DNA of 64,000 nt from Candidatus Latescibacterota bacterium (GCA_965204375.1 OZ241986.1:640001-704000); one strand, 5' to 3'. Positions 35,854-47,051 are shown, numbered from the stretch's first letter. Numbers and translations: made by a program. The notes: a model not told the origin generated them from the letters alone.

Positions 35854-36630
35854 ATGACTATGCTTTCACAAGAGCAACTGACACAATATGATCGAGATGG
35901 GTATGTGCTGGTGTCGGGCTTGATTCCAGAAGAGACAATTGCCAATGCGGAAGCTGCGATGTGGTCTGCGCTCGGGTTGGATCGGGATGATCCAGCTTCG
36001 TGGTCTCCTTTGCCAGACGAAACAGATGGGGTGACAACAATCGCCCGCCAGGGGGTGATTGAACATTTTGGGCTTCGTGATCCCGCGTTGCTGGCTTGTT
36101 GTACGCCCGCATTTTACGAGGCGCAGAGCCAACTGGTTCGGGAGAATGCAGATGCATTTCACTGTCAGAAACCACAGCCTGAGGCAGTGTGGGCACGCAG
36201 TGTATTTCCAGTTCCGAAAGGCTGGGATTATCTCAGTGGACACGTCGATGGTGGACATCGACCTTTTAATGTTTTTCCCGGGTCATTTCGGGTTTCCTCT
36301 CTGACTTATCTCGATTCTGGTGTTGCACAAGGTGGTGGGACTGCGGTCTGGCCAGGATCACACCGAAAGCTCAGTGAGGCGGCAGTGCAGGATCCCGACC
36401 GATATCAAATGCTGTCAGATTTTGCGAAACCGCTACAAAAGTTTGATATGGGAGAGCCGATTGAGTTGAGGCCGTCCCGAGGAGATGTACTGTTTTTTCA
36501 TTATCTGTTGATACATTGCGGGTCTCTCAATACAAGCAATAAACCGCGTTTTGCCCTCCGCTGGATGTGTGTCTGTGACACATGTCGCATCTGGGAAAAG
36601 TATGGCGAGTGGAATATCTGGATGCCCTGA
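35854..36630 (+). CDS. PhyH-family 2OG-Fe(II) dioxygenase
   Basis: YDRDGY, HVD, GGT.V.PGSH, GDVLFFH..LIH......R. Confidence 0.85.
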   Translation: MTMLSQEQLTQYDRDGYVLVSGLIPEETIANAEAAMWSALGLDRDDPASWSPLPDETDGVTTIARQGVIEHFGLRDPALLACCTPAFYEAQSQLVRENADAFHCQKPQPEAVWARSVFPVPKGWDYLSGHVDGGHRPFNVFPGSFRVSSLTYLDSGVAQGGGTAVWPGSHRKLSEAAVQDPDRYQMLSDFAKPLQKFDMGEPIELRPSRGDVLFFHYLLIHCGSLNTSNKPRFALRWMCVCDTCRIWEKYGEWNIWMP

Positions 36631-36700
36631 TGTTGATGGTTGACTCAGTGCGGGGAAACCCGTATATTTTTTTTCTTGTAATCAGCGTTGTTTCCGCGGG

Positions 36701-37165
36701 GTGTCCGTGCTGGATGATGACCTGACAGGCATGAATTTTGCGCTCGAAGAAGCCCGCATAGCAGCAAGCGAGCAGGAAGTGCCTATTGGCGCTGTTGTGA
36801 TGCACAATGGTGAGGTCATCGCACGAGATCACAATCGCATTGTCCAGCGAAATGATCCCACTGCGCATGCCGAAATGCTCGTTATTGGGCAGGCAACAGA
36901 AAAGTTGGGCGTTCGGTGGCTAAATAACTGCGTGCTTTATGTAACACTGGAGCCCTGTGCGATGTGTGCAGGTGCTATGGTGCTTGCCCGATTGTCCCGG
37001 TTGGTTTTTGGGGCTTGCGATCCCAAAACCGGGGCTTGTGGATCTCTGAGAAATATTGTGGAAGATACACGTCTGAATCATCGCGTGGATGTGCGCCGAG
37101 GCGTTTTAGAAGATGCGTGTGGTCAGGTATTGCGGGCGTTTTTTCAAACTTTGCGCGAAAAATAA
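36701..37165 (+). CDS. tadA: tRNA adenosine deaminase
   Basis: EVPIGAV, HAE, TLEPCAMCAGA. Confidence 0.95.
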   Translation: MSVLDDDLTGMNFALEEARIAASEQEVPIGAVVMHNGEVIARDHNRIVQRNDPTAHAEMLVIGQATEKLGVRWLNNCVLYVTLEPCAMCAGAMVLARLSRLVFGACDPKTGACGSLRNIVEDTRLNHRVDVRRGVLEDACGQVLRAFFQTLREK

Positions 37166-37175
37166 ATAAAATATC

Positions 37176-37265
<90 letters not shown>

Positions 37266-37325
37266 AAAATAAGCACACAGGTGTATGTGTGAGAAAGCCG
37301 ATAGCTGACCGCTTACAGCTATATT

Positions 37326-37415
<90 letters not shown>

Positions 37416-37434
37416 AAAATATCACGAGGTCGTT

Positions 37435-37806
37435 ATGCCGCATCCCATTCGCATTACAGTTGGCGATATTGAACTCGAGGCCGAGTTAAACGATTCGCAA
37501 ACAGCAGACAAAGTTCGCGAGGTTTTGCCGCTGGATTGTTCGTTTAATACATGGGGCGATGAGATTTACTTTGCAATTCCCGTTCAAGCGGGGCCCGAAG
37601 ATGCATGTGAAACTGTGGCGTTGAACGACCTCGGATATTGGCCGCCGGGTCATGCATTTTGCATTTTTTACGGTCAGACCCCAGCCAGTCATGGAGATGA
37701 AATTCGTCCCGCAAGTCCCGTCAATATTATTGGACGGGTGCTGGGCGATGCCACGGTGCTCAAATCTGTTTCGGGAGAGCGCAATATCGTGGTTGAAGCC
37801 GTTTAG
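37435..37806 (+). CDS. Cyclophilin-like fold protein (DUF369-type)
   Basis: WGDEIYF.IP, YWPPG.AFCIFYG.TP.S....RPASPVN. Confidence 0.85.
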   Translation: MPHPIRITVGDIELEAELNDSQTADKVREVLPLDCSFNTWGDEIYFAIPVQAGPEDACETVALNDLGYWPPGHAFCIFYGQTPASHGDEIRPASPVNIIGRVLGDATVLKSVSGERNIVVEAV

Positions 37807-37807
37807 G

Positions 37808-37884
<77 letters not shown>

Positions 37885-37939
37885 AAATATATTGTTAAGA
37901 GGCGAGAGGTAAGATCCCTCTTGTATCTCACTGTTTTCA

Positions 37940-38212
37940 GGTCGTGCTAGACGGGGAGATAGCGGTGCCCTGTAGCCCGCAATCCGCTATAGCGGGGTCG
38001 AATTCCACGTCTGAGAACCGGTATTTTGGATCGCGGTCGATGAGTAGGCAGCGTTGATCGTCAGGTCCTGCGCAACGTACCTATGCCGAACCCCGTCAGG
38101 ACCGGAAGGTAGCAGCGGTAAGCAAATCGGTGCGTGTGCCGCAGGGGCACCTGGCAGGAGCCAGCGCTCGTTGAACGCCCCGGGGTAGCGGTTCGAAGCG
38201 CGGTGCACGACC
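37940..38212 (+). ncRNA. ffs: Long (Alu-domain) SRP RNA
   Basis: GTGCTAGACGGGGAG..AGCGGTGCCCTGT 5' Alu region; GTCAGGACCGGAAGGTAGCAGC helix 8; closing GGTCGTGC/GCACGACC; upstream of dnaX. Confidence 0.9.
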
Positions 38213-38261
38213 TTTTTTCAGGTTGGGGGCTGGGGTTGGAGAGGCCCCCTTTGGAGTTTTT

Positions 38262-39983
38262 ATGTCTTACACGGTAATGGCCCGAAAGCGGAGGCCACAG
38301 GCATTTGAAACAGTGGTGGCACAAAACCATGTGACCACCACATTGCAAAATGCCATTCGGCTGGGGCGCGTGGCGCAATCGTATCTGTTTTCCGGGCCTC
38401 GAGGCACGGGTAAGACCACTACGGCGCGATTGCTTGCCATGGCACTCAATTGCGAGCATGGGCCAACGGCTGAACCGTGTGGGGAATGTGCTTCGTGTGT
38501 TGCCATACGCCAGGGCAACAGCATGGATGTGCTGGAGATTGACGGGGCTTCGAACCGCGGGATTGATGAAATCAGGCAATTGCGCGAAGAGGTGGGGTAT
38601 GCGGCTTCGCAAGGCAAACGCAAGGTTTATATTATCGACGAAGTACACATGCTCACGACTGAGGCTTTTAATGCCTTGCTCAAAACACTCGAAGAACCGC
38701 CAGCGCATGTTGTTTTTGTATTTGCAACGACCGAAGCTCACAAAGTGCCCGAAACCATTTTGTCCCGGTGTCAGCGCTACAATTTTCGGCGCATTCCGCC
38801 CGTGGCTATTGTAGAAGAACTCAAAATGGCTGTGGATGAAGAAGGCGTAACAGCAGAAGAATCCGCTCTGTTTTTGATCGCTCGAAAAGCCGATGGGGGC
38901 ATGCGCGATGCACTGAGTTTGCTGGATCAGGTCATTGCATTCTCAGATGCTGATATTACGGAAGATGCCATACAGAATTTACTGGGTTTGATTCCTCGAG
39001 ATGTGTATTTTGATCTGACGCAGGCCATTGTGGATCGGGATGGTGCCCGCGCTTTGGAGATTGTTGACGAATTGGCACGCGAAGGAAGTGATCTGGGTGA
39101 ATTTGTGGCGGGGCTGATGGCGCATTTTCGACATTTGCTCGTTGCTTGTGCTGCGGGAAATTTAACAGATGAAAATTTACCAGAAGCTGACCGCGTGCAG
39201 TATGCAGAGGTCGCCGCGCAATTCGAAGAGGCAGACCTCGTGCGCATGCTCAACGCTGTGAGTGAACTGGAAACGCAGATTAGTCGGGTGACCGAGCCGC
39301 GATTCTGGCTCGAATTGACGGTTATGAAGCTGGTGCAGATGACGTCAAGTGTAGATTTGCAGGTTTTGATTAGTCGATTAGAACAACTCGAGCAGGGGTT
39401 AAAAAACCAGGGGACGACTACTGGGACGCGGCGGTCATTGCCCAGACCCCAACCTGCACCAGAGCGAAAAGCGACATCATCCAGACCAGATACGCGCGTT
39501 AGGGAAGAGAGGTTACCACCGCCGACAACGGTTTCCAAATCTTCACCACCGCAACAGAGGGGCAATGGCCGTCCCGTGGCAGAACAGCCAGAAGAAGAAA
39601 TACCTCCAGTGCCAGATGTATCCTCAGAAGAGCCGCCAGACTTTTCTGTCATAAAGGATAAGTGGGAACAACTTGTACAGGCAGTGAAGAACGAGAGAAT
39701 GTCGTTGGGTACATTTTTGGCCGAAGGCCGCCCACAATCAATGGATGGGCGACTTCTCGTGGTGGCTTTTCAAAAGAACCTCGAATTTCACGCCAATCAG
39801 GTGCGGCGCGGACGCGCTCTGGTAGAAGAAGTTGCACGCGGTGTTTTTGGAGGTACAGTCACCATTTCGTGTGAGGTTATTTACGATGATAATAAGGAGC
39901 AAGTCGCTGAGGATAAGGGTGTAGAAGAAGATGAGCGCGTGCAGATGGTGATGCAGGTGTTTAGCGGGGAAGTGATCAGGTAA
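38262..39983 (+). CDS. dnaX: DNA polymerase III gamma/tau
   Basis: GPRGTGKTT, Zn cysteines, DEVHML, AFNALLKTLEEPP, SRC. Confidence 0.97.
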   Translation: MSYTVMARKRRPQAFETVVAQNHVTTTLQNAIRLGRVAQSYLFSGPRGTGKTTTARLLAMALNCEHGPTAEPCGECASCVAIRQGNSMDVLEIDGASNRGIDEIRQLREEVGYAASQGKRKVYIIDEVHMLTTEAFNALLKTLEEPPAHVVFVFATTEAHKVPETILSRCQRYNFRRIPPVAIVEELKMAVDEEGVTAEESALFLIARKADGGMRDALSLLDQVIAFSDADITEDAIQNLLGLIPRDVYFDLTQAIVDRDGARALEIVDELAREGSDLGEFVAGLMAHFRHLLVACAAGNLTDENLPEADRVQYAEVAAQFEEADLVRMLNAVSELETQISRVTEPRFWLELTVMKLVQMTSSVDLQVLISRLEQLEQGLKNQGTTTGTRRSLPRPQPAPERKATSSRPDTRVREERLPPPTTVSKSSPPQQRGNGRPVAEQPEEEIPPVPDVSSEEPPDFSVIKDKWEQLVQAVKNERMSLGTFLAEGRPQSMDGRLLVVAFQKNLEFHANQVRRGRALVEEVARGVFGGTVTISCEVIYDDNKEQVAEDKGVEEDERVQMVMQVFSGEVIR

Positions 39984-40011
39984 GGATAGCAAAGGATAAA
40001 GGAGATAGAGT

Positions 40012-40338
40012 ATGGCAAAAGGTATGGGCGCGATGATGAAGCAGGCCCAAAAGCTGCAAGCCAAGCTGGCCAGGGTGCAAGAAGAACTGGGAGCAAAAGA
40101 GGTAGAGGCAACTTCGGGTGGGGGTATGGTGACAGTAAGGGCCAGTGGGCATCAAGATATTTTGTCGATAAAAATTGATCCCGAAGTAGTTGATCCCGAA
40201 GATGTGGAAATGCTGGAAGACCTCGTGCTGGCGGCGGTTCAGCAGGCGCGTCAAAAAGCTGCGGACATGGCCGAAGCAGAAATGCAGAAAGCCACAGCGG
40301 GCCTTATTCCGCCCGGCATGAATATGCCGGGGTTCTGA
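40012..40338 (+). CDS. ybaB: YbaB/EbfC nucleoid-associated protein
   Basis: MMKQAQKLQ, SGGGMV, D.EMLEDLV; lies between dnaX and recR. Confidence 0.95.
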   Translation: MAKGMGAMMKQAQKLQAKLARVQEELGAKEVEATSGGGMVTVRASGHQDILSIKIDPEVVDPEDVEMLEDLVLAAVQQARQKAADMAEAEMQKATAGLIPPGMNMPGF

Positions 40339-40383
40339 GATTGGAAAAGCGAAGTCCTCGCGCTATAGTTTTTGGAGTTTTCC

Positions 40384-40977
40384 ATGGCATCAGAGGCCAT
40401 TGAGAAATTGATTGTCGCTTTGAATCGGTTGCCCGGGGTCGGCGCTAAAACAGCACGGCGTCTCGCGCTGGAGATGTTGACATGGGATACGGATGAGGTG
40501 CGCGAACTCGCCGATTTGATGGTGGATGTCAAGACCCGGGTGCGGCGGTGCTCAATTTGTTTTAATTTGACTGAGGTTGATCCGTGTTCTGTGTGCAGCG
40601 ATACGCGTCGGGATCGTTCCCGTGTGATGGTGGTTGATTTTATCGGCGATCTTTTGGCATTTGAGCGCACCGGGCTTTATCGGGGACTTTATCATGTACT
40701 GGACGGGCGAATTTCGCCTCTGGATGGTATTGGTCCAGAAGACTTGAATATTTCCCAATTGCTCCAACGCCTGCGCCAGGGGGAAATTCGAGAAGTCATT
40801 CTCGCCAACGGTCCAACCGTAGAGGGAGATGCCACGGCACAATATCTGTCTCAATGTTTGGCTCCGTTTGAAGTATCTGTCACACAAATTGCGCGTGGTT
40901 TGCCGGTGGGCAGTGATCTCGCCCTGGCCGATCAAGTGACATTGTCTCGCGCGCTGGAAGGCCGTCGGGAGTATTAA
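40384..40977 (+). CDS. recR: Recombination protein RecR
   Basis: LPGVGAKTA, C4 zinc finger, YHVL.G.ISPLDG, Toprim. Confidence 0.95.
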   Translation: MASEAIEKLIVALNRLPGVGAKTARRLALEMLTWDTDEVRELADLMVDVKTRVRRCSICFNLTEVDPCSVCSDTRRDRSRVMVVDFIGDLLAFERTGLYRGLYHVLDGRISPLDGIGPEDLNISQLLQRLRQGEIREVILANGPTVEGDATAQYLSQCLAPFEVSVTQIARGLPVGSDLALADQVTLSRALEGRREY

Positions 40978-41619
40978 ATGCCCCAGGTAAATACCATAGA
41001 ATCGAACCGCATGACAATGCCTGAGCCGCAGACTCCAAATCGGTTGTGGACAGTGCCCAATGCCTTAACGGTGTCGCGTCTGCTGCTTACGCCGGTGTTT
41101 TTGCTGTTGATTTTTGCCGCCAACTGGTATTTCAAAATCCTCGCGCTGCTCGTCTTTACTGTAGCCTCGTTGACTGATTTCTACGATGGGCGCATTGCGC
41201 GGCGCGATGGTACAGTGACGAATTTTGGTCGCTTTATGGATCCGCTGGCCGATAAGTTGCTGGTATCTTCGGCGTTGATTGCATTTGCGCGTTTGGGCAT
41301 GGTTGAAGCATGGCTTATCGGGGCGATGCTCGTGCGCGATGTCGTGATTACGGGATTGCGCATTTTTGCGATTCGACGAGGCAAACCCGTGGTGACCTCA
41401 CAACTTGCAAAGTGGAAAACCATGCTGCAATTGGTGCTTGTTTTTGGCATTTTGATCTTTATCAATGTGCGCGTGGTCGAAGCCGAATTGGCCGCCCAAC
41501 CAATTGTACTCGTAGGCGATATTTCTTATTGGGTTTTGAATGTCCTGGTGGCTGTTGTGACTCTCGTTGCTGTTGTTTCAGGCGTTCGGTATTTAATTGA
41601 AAATCGCAAGACATTTTAA
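40978..41619 (+). CDS. pgsA: CDP-diacylglycerol-glycerol-3-phosphate phosphatidyltransferase
   Basis: PN.LT..R, D..DG.IAR......FG..MDP.ADK. Confidence 0.93.
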   Translation: MPQVNTIESNRMTMPEPQTPNRLWTVPNALTVSRLLLTPVFLLLIFAANWYFKILALLVFTVASLTDFYDGRIARRDGTVTNFGRFMDPLADKLLVSSALIAFARLGMVEAWLIGAMLVRDVVITGLRIFAIRRGKPVVTSQLAKWKTMLQLVLVFGILIFINVRVVEAELAAQPIVLVGDISYWVLNVLVAVVTLVAVVSGVRYLIENRKTF

Positions 41620-41646
41620 GGCGAGCGAATAGCTGCGCCTATAGTT

Positions 41647-42120
41647 ATGACAGATCTTCGGCCTCTTGAGCCATCTTTTTTTGTCCGGTTGATTGCAACC
41701 GGCTTTTTTTCTGGTTATTCGGGTTTTGCCCCGGGAACAGTCGGGTCAGGGGTGGCATTGGCGATTTATTGTCTGTTGCCGCCACTGAACCCTTGGGCGT
41801 GGGGGGGGCTGTTGATCGGGTTGTTTTTCGTGGGGGTTTATACATCCGGGGCATGCGAAAAAGCCTGGGGTAAAGATCCCAGATGTGTGGTGATCGACGA
41901 GTTTGTCGGATTTTTTGTGACCGTGAGTCTGCTTCCGCAGTCGGTGTTGGTGGGCATAGTTGGCTTTTTCGTGTTTCGCATACTGGATATTATTAAGCCG
42001 CCGCCCGTCCGGCAGGCCGAGGCCTTGTCCGGTGGGTGGGGTATTGTGGCCGACGATGTGGTTGCGGGAATTTATGGACAGATGATACTATGGCTGGCAT
42101 TCGCACCTTTATCGCTTTAG
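41647..42120 (+). CDS. pgpA: Phosphatidylglycerophosphatase A
   Basis: APGTVGS, DP..VVIDE, FRILDIIKP, DDVVAG. Confidence 0.93.
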   Translation: MTDLRPLEPSFFVRLIATGFFSGYSGFAPGTVGSGVALAIYCLLPPLNPWAWGGLLIGLFFVGVYTSGACEKAWGKDPRCVVIDEFVGFFVTVSLLPQSVLVGIVGFFVFRILDIIKPPPVRQAEALSGGWGIVADDVVAGIYGQMILWLAFAPLSL

Positions 42121-42665
42121 AAATGCCCGTTGCTGTTAAACGGCAAGTCGTTTCTGTGGCGCGTCACATGAGCCATTTGGGCCAGATTCGCTGGGTAAGA
42201 CCCGAGGGCGTACACCTCACCCTCAAATTTTTAGGTGATGTGGAAGAAAATCGCGTTGCGGATATTGTTTCAGCCGTGCAGCAGGTCGCTTCCAAATTTC
42301 AACCCTTCGCGTTGTCAACTGCGGGGTTGGGTGGTTTTCCGCGTCTTGAAAGTGCACGGGTGTTGTGGTTGGGCGTTGAAGGCGACCTGGAACAGCTAAG
42401 GATATTGCAAGGTCGGGTTGCGCAGAAGCTCGAAGACCTGGGATTTGAGCGGGAGCGACGCCGATTTTTCGCCCATGTGACGGTGGGGAGAGCGCGTCGT
42501 AAGCCGGTTCGCGTGACCGCTGAAAATGTGAAAACGTGGCGTGCGGTAAATTTTTCAGTTGATCGCGTCTCGGTGATGAAAAGCACATTGCGTCCCGAAG
42601 GTGCTGTGTACACGCCTTTGGGATACGGGATGTTTGAGGGTGGAGATCCCGGTTCTGATCGCTAA
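42090..42665 (+). CDS. thpR: RNA 2',3'-cyclic phosphodiesterase (2H)
   Basis: [16 protein letters not shown]. Confidence 0.9.
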   Translation: MAGIRTFIALEMPVAVKRQVVSVARHMSHLGQIRWVRPEGVHLTLKFLGDVEENRVADIVSAVQQVASKFQPFALSTAGLGGFPRLESARVLWLGVEGDLEQLRILQGRVAQKLEDLGFERERRRFFAHVTVGRARRKPVRVTAENVKTWRAVNFSVDRVSVMKSTLRPEGAVYTPLGYGMFEGGDPGSDR

Positions 42666-42673
42666 ATTGCTTC

Positions 42674-42702
42674 TTGACGTATATACAAATGTTCACTATA
42701 CT
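42674..42702 (+). promoter_or_regulatory. recA promoter with a possible SOS box
   Basis: TTGACG-17-TATACT; ATAC-AAAT-GTTC in the spacer resembles GAAC-N4-GTTC. Confidence 0.5.
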
Positions 42703-42771
42703 TTGTTATACTTTGTGCGGTGCAGAATACGAGAGGGGCTGCGCCGTGATCCCAAACCTTTTGAAGGAGAG

Positions 42772-43839
42772 ATGCAGATGGCCAAACGCAATATTAAAGG
42801 TACGCAACAAATGGATGGCAAGCAGCAAGCAATAGACAACGCCATTGCCCAAATCGAAAAGCAATTTGGACAGGGGGCAATTATGCGCCTGGGAGGCGAG
42901 GATGGGCAACCCCTTGTCACAGAGGTTATTCCAACGGGTTCTCTAAGCCTGGATGTTGCATTGGGCGCTGGTGGCGTTCCCCAGGGAAGAGTGGTTGAAA
43001 TATATGGCCCTGAAGGGTCGGGCAAGACGACCTTGATTTTGCACATTATTGCCGAGGCGCAAAAGCGCGGTGGGGCAGCGGCTTTTGTCGATGCAGAACA
43101 CGCATTGAATGTGGAATTGGCCGAGCGCCTGGGCGTAGATATCGAAAATTTATTGATCGCCCAGCCCGATACGGGTGAAGAAGCACTCGAGATTACAGAT
43201 ACCCTCGTGCGCAGTGGTGCCTTTGAGGTCGTGGCTTTAGACTCTGTGGCTGCTCTGGTGCCGCGTGCAGAACTCGAAGGTGAGATGGGTGATTCTCACA
43301 TGGGCCTGCACGCTCGTTTGATGTCTCAAGCCCTGCGCAAACTCGTCGGATCAATCAGCCAGTCTAAAACCTGTGTGATCTTTGCCAATCAGATTCGCAT
43401 GAAGATCGGCGTGATGTTTGGCAATCCCGAGACGACTACCGGGGGCCGCGCGCTTCCGTTTTACGCAACGGTGCGTATGGATATTCGGCGCATTGGTTCT
43501 ATTAAAGACGGGCAGGAGATCGTTGGCAATCGCGTTCGGATTCGCGTGGTAAAAAACAAGATGGCACCGCCTTTTAAGGAATGTGAAGTCGATCTGATGT
43601 TTGGCGAGGGCATTTCCAGAGAGGGTAGCTTGATCGATATGGCCGAATTGCACGGGATTATCAAGAAGAGCGGTACCTGGTTCTCTTATGGGGATGATCG
43701 GCTTGGTCAGGGGCGTGAAAATGTCAAGCGCCATCTGAAAGAGAACGCGGTTTTGTCTGCAAAAATCGAACGCGAGGTGCGCGAGGTCGTGGGCCTTCCC
43801 ATAGATAAGGCGTTTGAACTCGGGGAAGACCCCGCCTAA
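42772..43839 (+). CDS. recA: Recombinase A
   Basis: [36 protein letters not shown]. Confidence 0.98.
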   Translation: MQMAKRNIKGTQQMDGKQQAIDNAIAQIEKQFGQGAIMRLGGEDGQPLVTEVIPTGSLSLDVALGAGGVPQGRVVEIYGPEGSGKTTLILHIIAEAQKRGGAAAFVDAEHALNVELAERLGVDIENLLIAQPDTGEEALEITDTLVRSGAFEVVALDSVAALVPRAELEGEMGDSHMGLHARLMSQALRKLVGSISQSKTCVIFANQIRMKIGVMFGNPETTTGGRALPFYATVRMDIRRIGSIKDGQEIVGNRVRIRVVKNKMAPPFKECEVDLMFGEGISREGSLIDMAELHGIIKKSGTWFSYGDDRLGQGRENVKRHLKENAVLSAKIEREVREVVGLPIDKAFELGEDPA

Positions 43840-43979
43840 GTATGTTGTTGACATCTCAATTTTCTCTAATTTATTAAATGATGTTACGTATGCTCAAAAA
43901 AACTGGGAATCTTATCTAACGTGTTGGTGATAATTTCATCTTTTTAATTTTTCCAGGCCTTCAGAGAAATTGAGAAAGG

Positions 43980-46946
43980 ATGTCGCAAATGTTTTTGAAC
44001 AAAGGAATAGCGTTTATCGCTGCCCTTGTGTTGCTGCTATGCGTGGGGCAAGCCTCTGCTGTTTCCGATGCAAATAATCCTGCGGCGACTGTTACGCAGT
44101 CTGCGGATGCGGATCTCAACGGCGATGGGATGGTTGGTTTTGCGGATTTTTTGATCTTTGCAGGCATGTTTGGGGCAAATCAAGGCGATGATAGGTATGA
44201 TGTTCGAGCCGATCTGGATGGGGATGGTGCGATAGGTTTTGGCGATTTTTTGATCTTTGCCAATGCCTTTGGCACATCCGGATCTGGCGGCGGTGGTAGC
44301 CCTGATCTCATTGTTATAGCGCCTTCGGTGAGCGACACCCTGCTGATGCCTGGGCAGATGTTCACGCTGAATGTGACGGTGCGCAACCATGGGAATGCAC
44401 AAGCCGCTGAGACGACACTGACGTATTACCTCTCGACCGACGCGGCGATATCGACGAGTGATACGGAGGTTGGCACAGATGCGGTGGGCGGCCTTGCCGC
44501 TTCAGGAACCAGTGATAAATCGATCGGTTTGAATGCCCTATCAAGTGCTGGCATGTACTATTACGGTGCCTGTGTGGCGAGTGTCAGTGGTGAGAGCAAT
44601 GCGGATAACAACTGCTCAGGTGGGGTGCGCGTCACGGTCAGCGATGGTGGAGAAGGCGATCAAGGCAGTGAGACGTCCTTTGATCTGGATAACAACAGCA
44701 ATCCGCAGGATATCCTCTATGCCAACAACCGATTCTATGTGCTTGATTGGGAGGACGCAAGGGTCTATGGGTATGAGAGTGACGGTCAGCGCGATTCGGG
44801 AGTAAGCTTCCGTCTAAATAGCAGTTCTCCGACGAGTATCACCTATGCCAACGACCGATTCTATGTGGTTGATGACGGGGATGATAAGGTCTATGGGTAT
44901 GGGAGTGATGGTCAGCGCGATGCGGCAGCAGACTTTGATCTGGGTATCAGTGATCCGAGAGGTATCACCTTTGCCAATAACCGGTTCTATGTGGTTAATG
45001 ACGGGGATGATAAGGTCTATGGGTATGGGAGTGATGGTCAGCGCGATACGGATGCAGACTTCGATCTGGGTATCAGTGATCCGAGGGGTATCACCTATGC
45101 CAATGACCGATTCTATGTGGTTAATGACGGGGATGATAGGGTCTATGTGTACACGAATACTGGTCAGCGCGTTGCGGATGCAGACTTCCGTTTGTTTACC
45201 GGTGATCCGAGGGGTATCACCTTTGCCAACAACCGATTCTATGTGGTTGATTTCTGGAATGATAAGGTCTATGGTCACGGAAGTGACGGGCGGCGTGATA
45301 CGGGTGCGGACTTCGATCTGCATAGCAACAACTCTCCGCAGGCTATCACCTATGCCAACAACCGATTCTATGTACTCGATGTTGATGATGGAAAGATCTA
45401 TGGGTATGGGAGTGCTGGTCAGCGCGATGCGGCAGCAGACTTCGATCTGGCTAATAGTGATCCGTTTAGTATTACCTATGCCAACGACCGGTTCTATGTG
45501 CTTGATCCCTCGGATGTAAAGGTTTATGTGTACACGAGTGCTGGTCAGCGCGTTGAGGATGCAGATTTCGATCTGGCTGGCAACAACGATGACCCGTCGG
45601 GTATCACCTTTGCCAACGACCAATTCTATGTGCCTGACGGCTTAGATGAAAAGATTTATGCGTACACGAGTTCTGGTCAACGTGTTGCGATTGCAGACTT
45701 CGACCTGGCTAACACTTCTCCGTCGGGTATCGCCTATGTCGATAATCTGTTCTATGTGGTTGATGCCGCAGATGAAAAGGTTTATGTGTACACGAGTGCT
45801 GGTCAGCGTGTTGGGGCTGCGGACTTTGATGTGGCTATCAGTGATCCGAGAGGTATCGTCTATGCCAACGATCAATTCTATGTGCTTGAAGTGGAAGGTG
45901 CAAAGGTTCATTGGTACCCGATTGCCGACCCAACTCCCGATCTAATTATTGTATCGCCGTCGGCGAGCAATGACAGCCCGAATACCGGCGAGTCCTTCAG
46001 TTTGAGCGTTGCAGTTCGCAACCAGGGCGCGGGTTCTTCGGCTGCGACATCCTTGCGCTACTATCTCTCGACCGATGATTCGATTACAACGAGTGATACA
46101 GCGGTTGGCACGGGTGCCATAAGCAGTCTCAATGCGGGGAACGCGAGTGTCCAGTCAATTGACTTGAATGCGCCATCGAGTGTGGGGATATACTACTACG
46201 GCGCGTGTGTCCAAAGCGTCAGTGGAGAGAGCAATACCGATAACAACTGCTCGAATGGGGTGCGTGTCTCGACTGCAAACTTCGCTCTGGATGGCGAAAA
46301 TACTGATCCGGAAGGTATCGTCTATGCCAACAACCGATTCTATGTGGTTGATGCCAGGGACGCAAAGGTCTATGCGTACACGGGTTCTGGTCAGCGCGAT
46401 GCGGCAGCAGACTTTGCTCTGGATAGCAACAACACGGCGCCGGAAGGTATCACCTATGCCGACAACCGATTCTATGTGATTGATCGGGGAACTGTGTCTG
46501 AGCGGGGAGATGAAAAGATTTATGCGTACACGAGTGCTGGTCAGCGCGATGCGGCAGCAGACCTCACTCTGGATAGCGACAACACTGCTCCGGCGAGTAT
46601 TACCTATGCCAACGACCGGTTCTATGTGCCTGATTTTTCGAATCTAAAGATCTATGCGTACACGAGTGCCGGTCAGCGTGTTGCGGATGCAGACTTCGAT
46701 CTGGCTGAAGACAACATTGATCCGTTTGGTATTGCCTATGCCAATGACCGATTCTATGTGGCTAATAACTCTGATAGCGAGACTAATAAGGTCTTTGCGT
46801 ACACGAGTGCTGGTCAGCGTGATGAGGATGCGGACTTCGATCTGGTCAGCAGTGATCCGTTTGGTATCATCTATGCCAGCGACCGATTCTATGTGGTTGA
46901 TGGCGGGGATAATGCGGTCTATGCGTACACGAGTGCTGGACAATAA
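43980..46946 (+). CDS. Secreted repeat protein: signal peptide, EF-hand/dockerin-like pair, two CARDB-like domains, 15 beta-propeller-like repeats
   Basis: DLNGDGMVGFADF / DLDGDGAIGFGDF; PDLI...V.N.G...YYGACV..V.GESN..NNC twice; ~42-aa DFDL..DP.GITYANDRFYV repeats. Confidence 0.85.
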   Translation: MSQMFLNKGIAFIAALVLLLCVGQASAVSDANNPAATVTQSADADLNGDGMVGFADFLIFAGMFGANQGDDRYDVRADLDGDGAIGFGDFLIFANAFGTSGSGGGGSPDLIVIAPSVSDTLLMPGQMFTLNVTVRNHGNAQAAETTLTYYLSTDAAISTSDTEVGTDAVGGLAASGTSDKSIGLNALSSAGMYYYGACVASVSGESNADNNCSGGVRVTVSDGGEGDQGSETSFDLDNNSNPQDILYANNRFYVLDWEDARVYGYESDGQRDSGVSFRLNSSSPTSITYANDRFYVVDDGDDKVYGYGSDGQRDAAADFDLGISDPRGITFANNRFYVVNDGDDKVYGYGSDGQRDTDADFDLGISDPRGITYANDRFYVVNDGDDRVYVYTNTGQRVADADFRLFTGDPRGITFANNRFYVVDFWNDKVYGHGSDGRRDTGADFDLHSNNSPQAITYANNRFYVLDVDDGKIYGYGSAGQRDAAADFDLANSDPFSITYANDRFYVLDPSDVKVYVYTSAGQRVEDADFDLAGNNDDPSGITFANDQFYVPDGLDEKIYAYTSSGQRVAIADFDLANTSPSGIAYVDNLFYVVDAADEKVYVYTSAGQRVGAADFDVAISDPRGIVYANDQFYVLEVEGAKVHWYPIADPTPDLIIVSPSASNDSPNTGESFSLSVAVRNQGAGSSAATSLRYYLSTDDSITTSDTAVGTGAISSLNAGNASVQSIDLNAPSSVGIYYYGACVQSVSGESNTDNNCSNGVRVSTANFALDGENTDPEGIVYANNRFYVVDARDAKVYAYTGSGQRDAAADFALDSNNTAPEGITYADNRFYVIDRGTVSERGDEKIYAYTSAGQRDAAADLTLDSDNTAPASITYANDRFYVPDFSNLKIYAYTSAGQRVADADFDLAEDNIDPFGIAYANDRFYVANNSDSETNKVFAYTSAGQRDEDADFDLVSSDPFGIIYASDRFYVVDGGDNAVYAYTSAGQ

Positions 46947-47051
46947 CGCACGGGGAACCTGAGAAAGAAATCGCATTTTAGGCTTTGACAACAGAGTGGG
47001 TTTGCCTATTTTAATACCTGCTCTGTTGTTCTTTTTTAGCGAGAAATTGTC

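Noticed and set aside
44680-46940. Regularly spaced ~126-bp DNA repeats as a CRISPR array or DGR
   Set aside because: They are in-frame coding repeats of one ORF; there are no unique spacers, cas genes or reverse transcriptase
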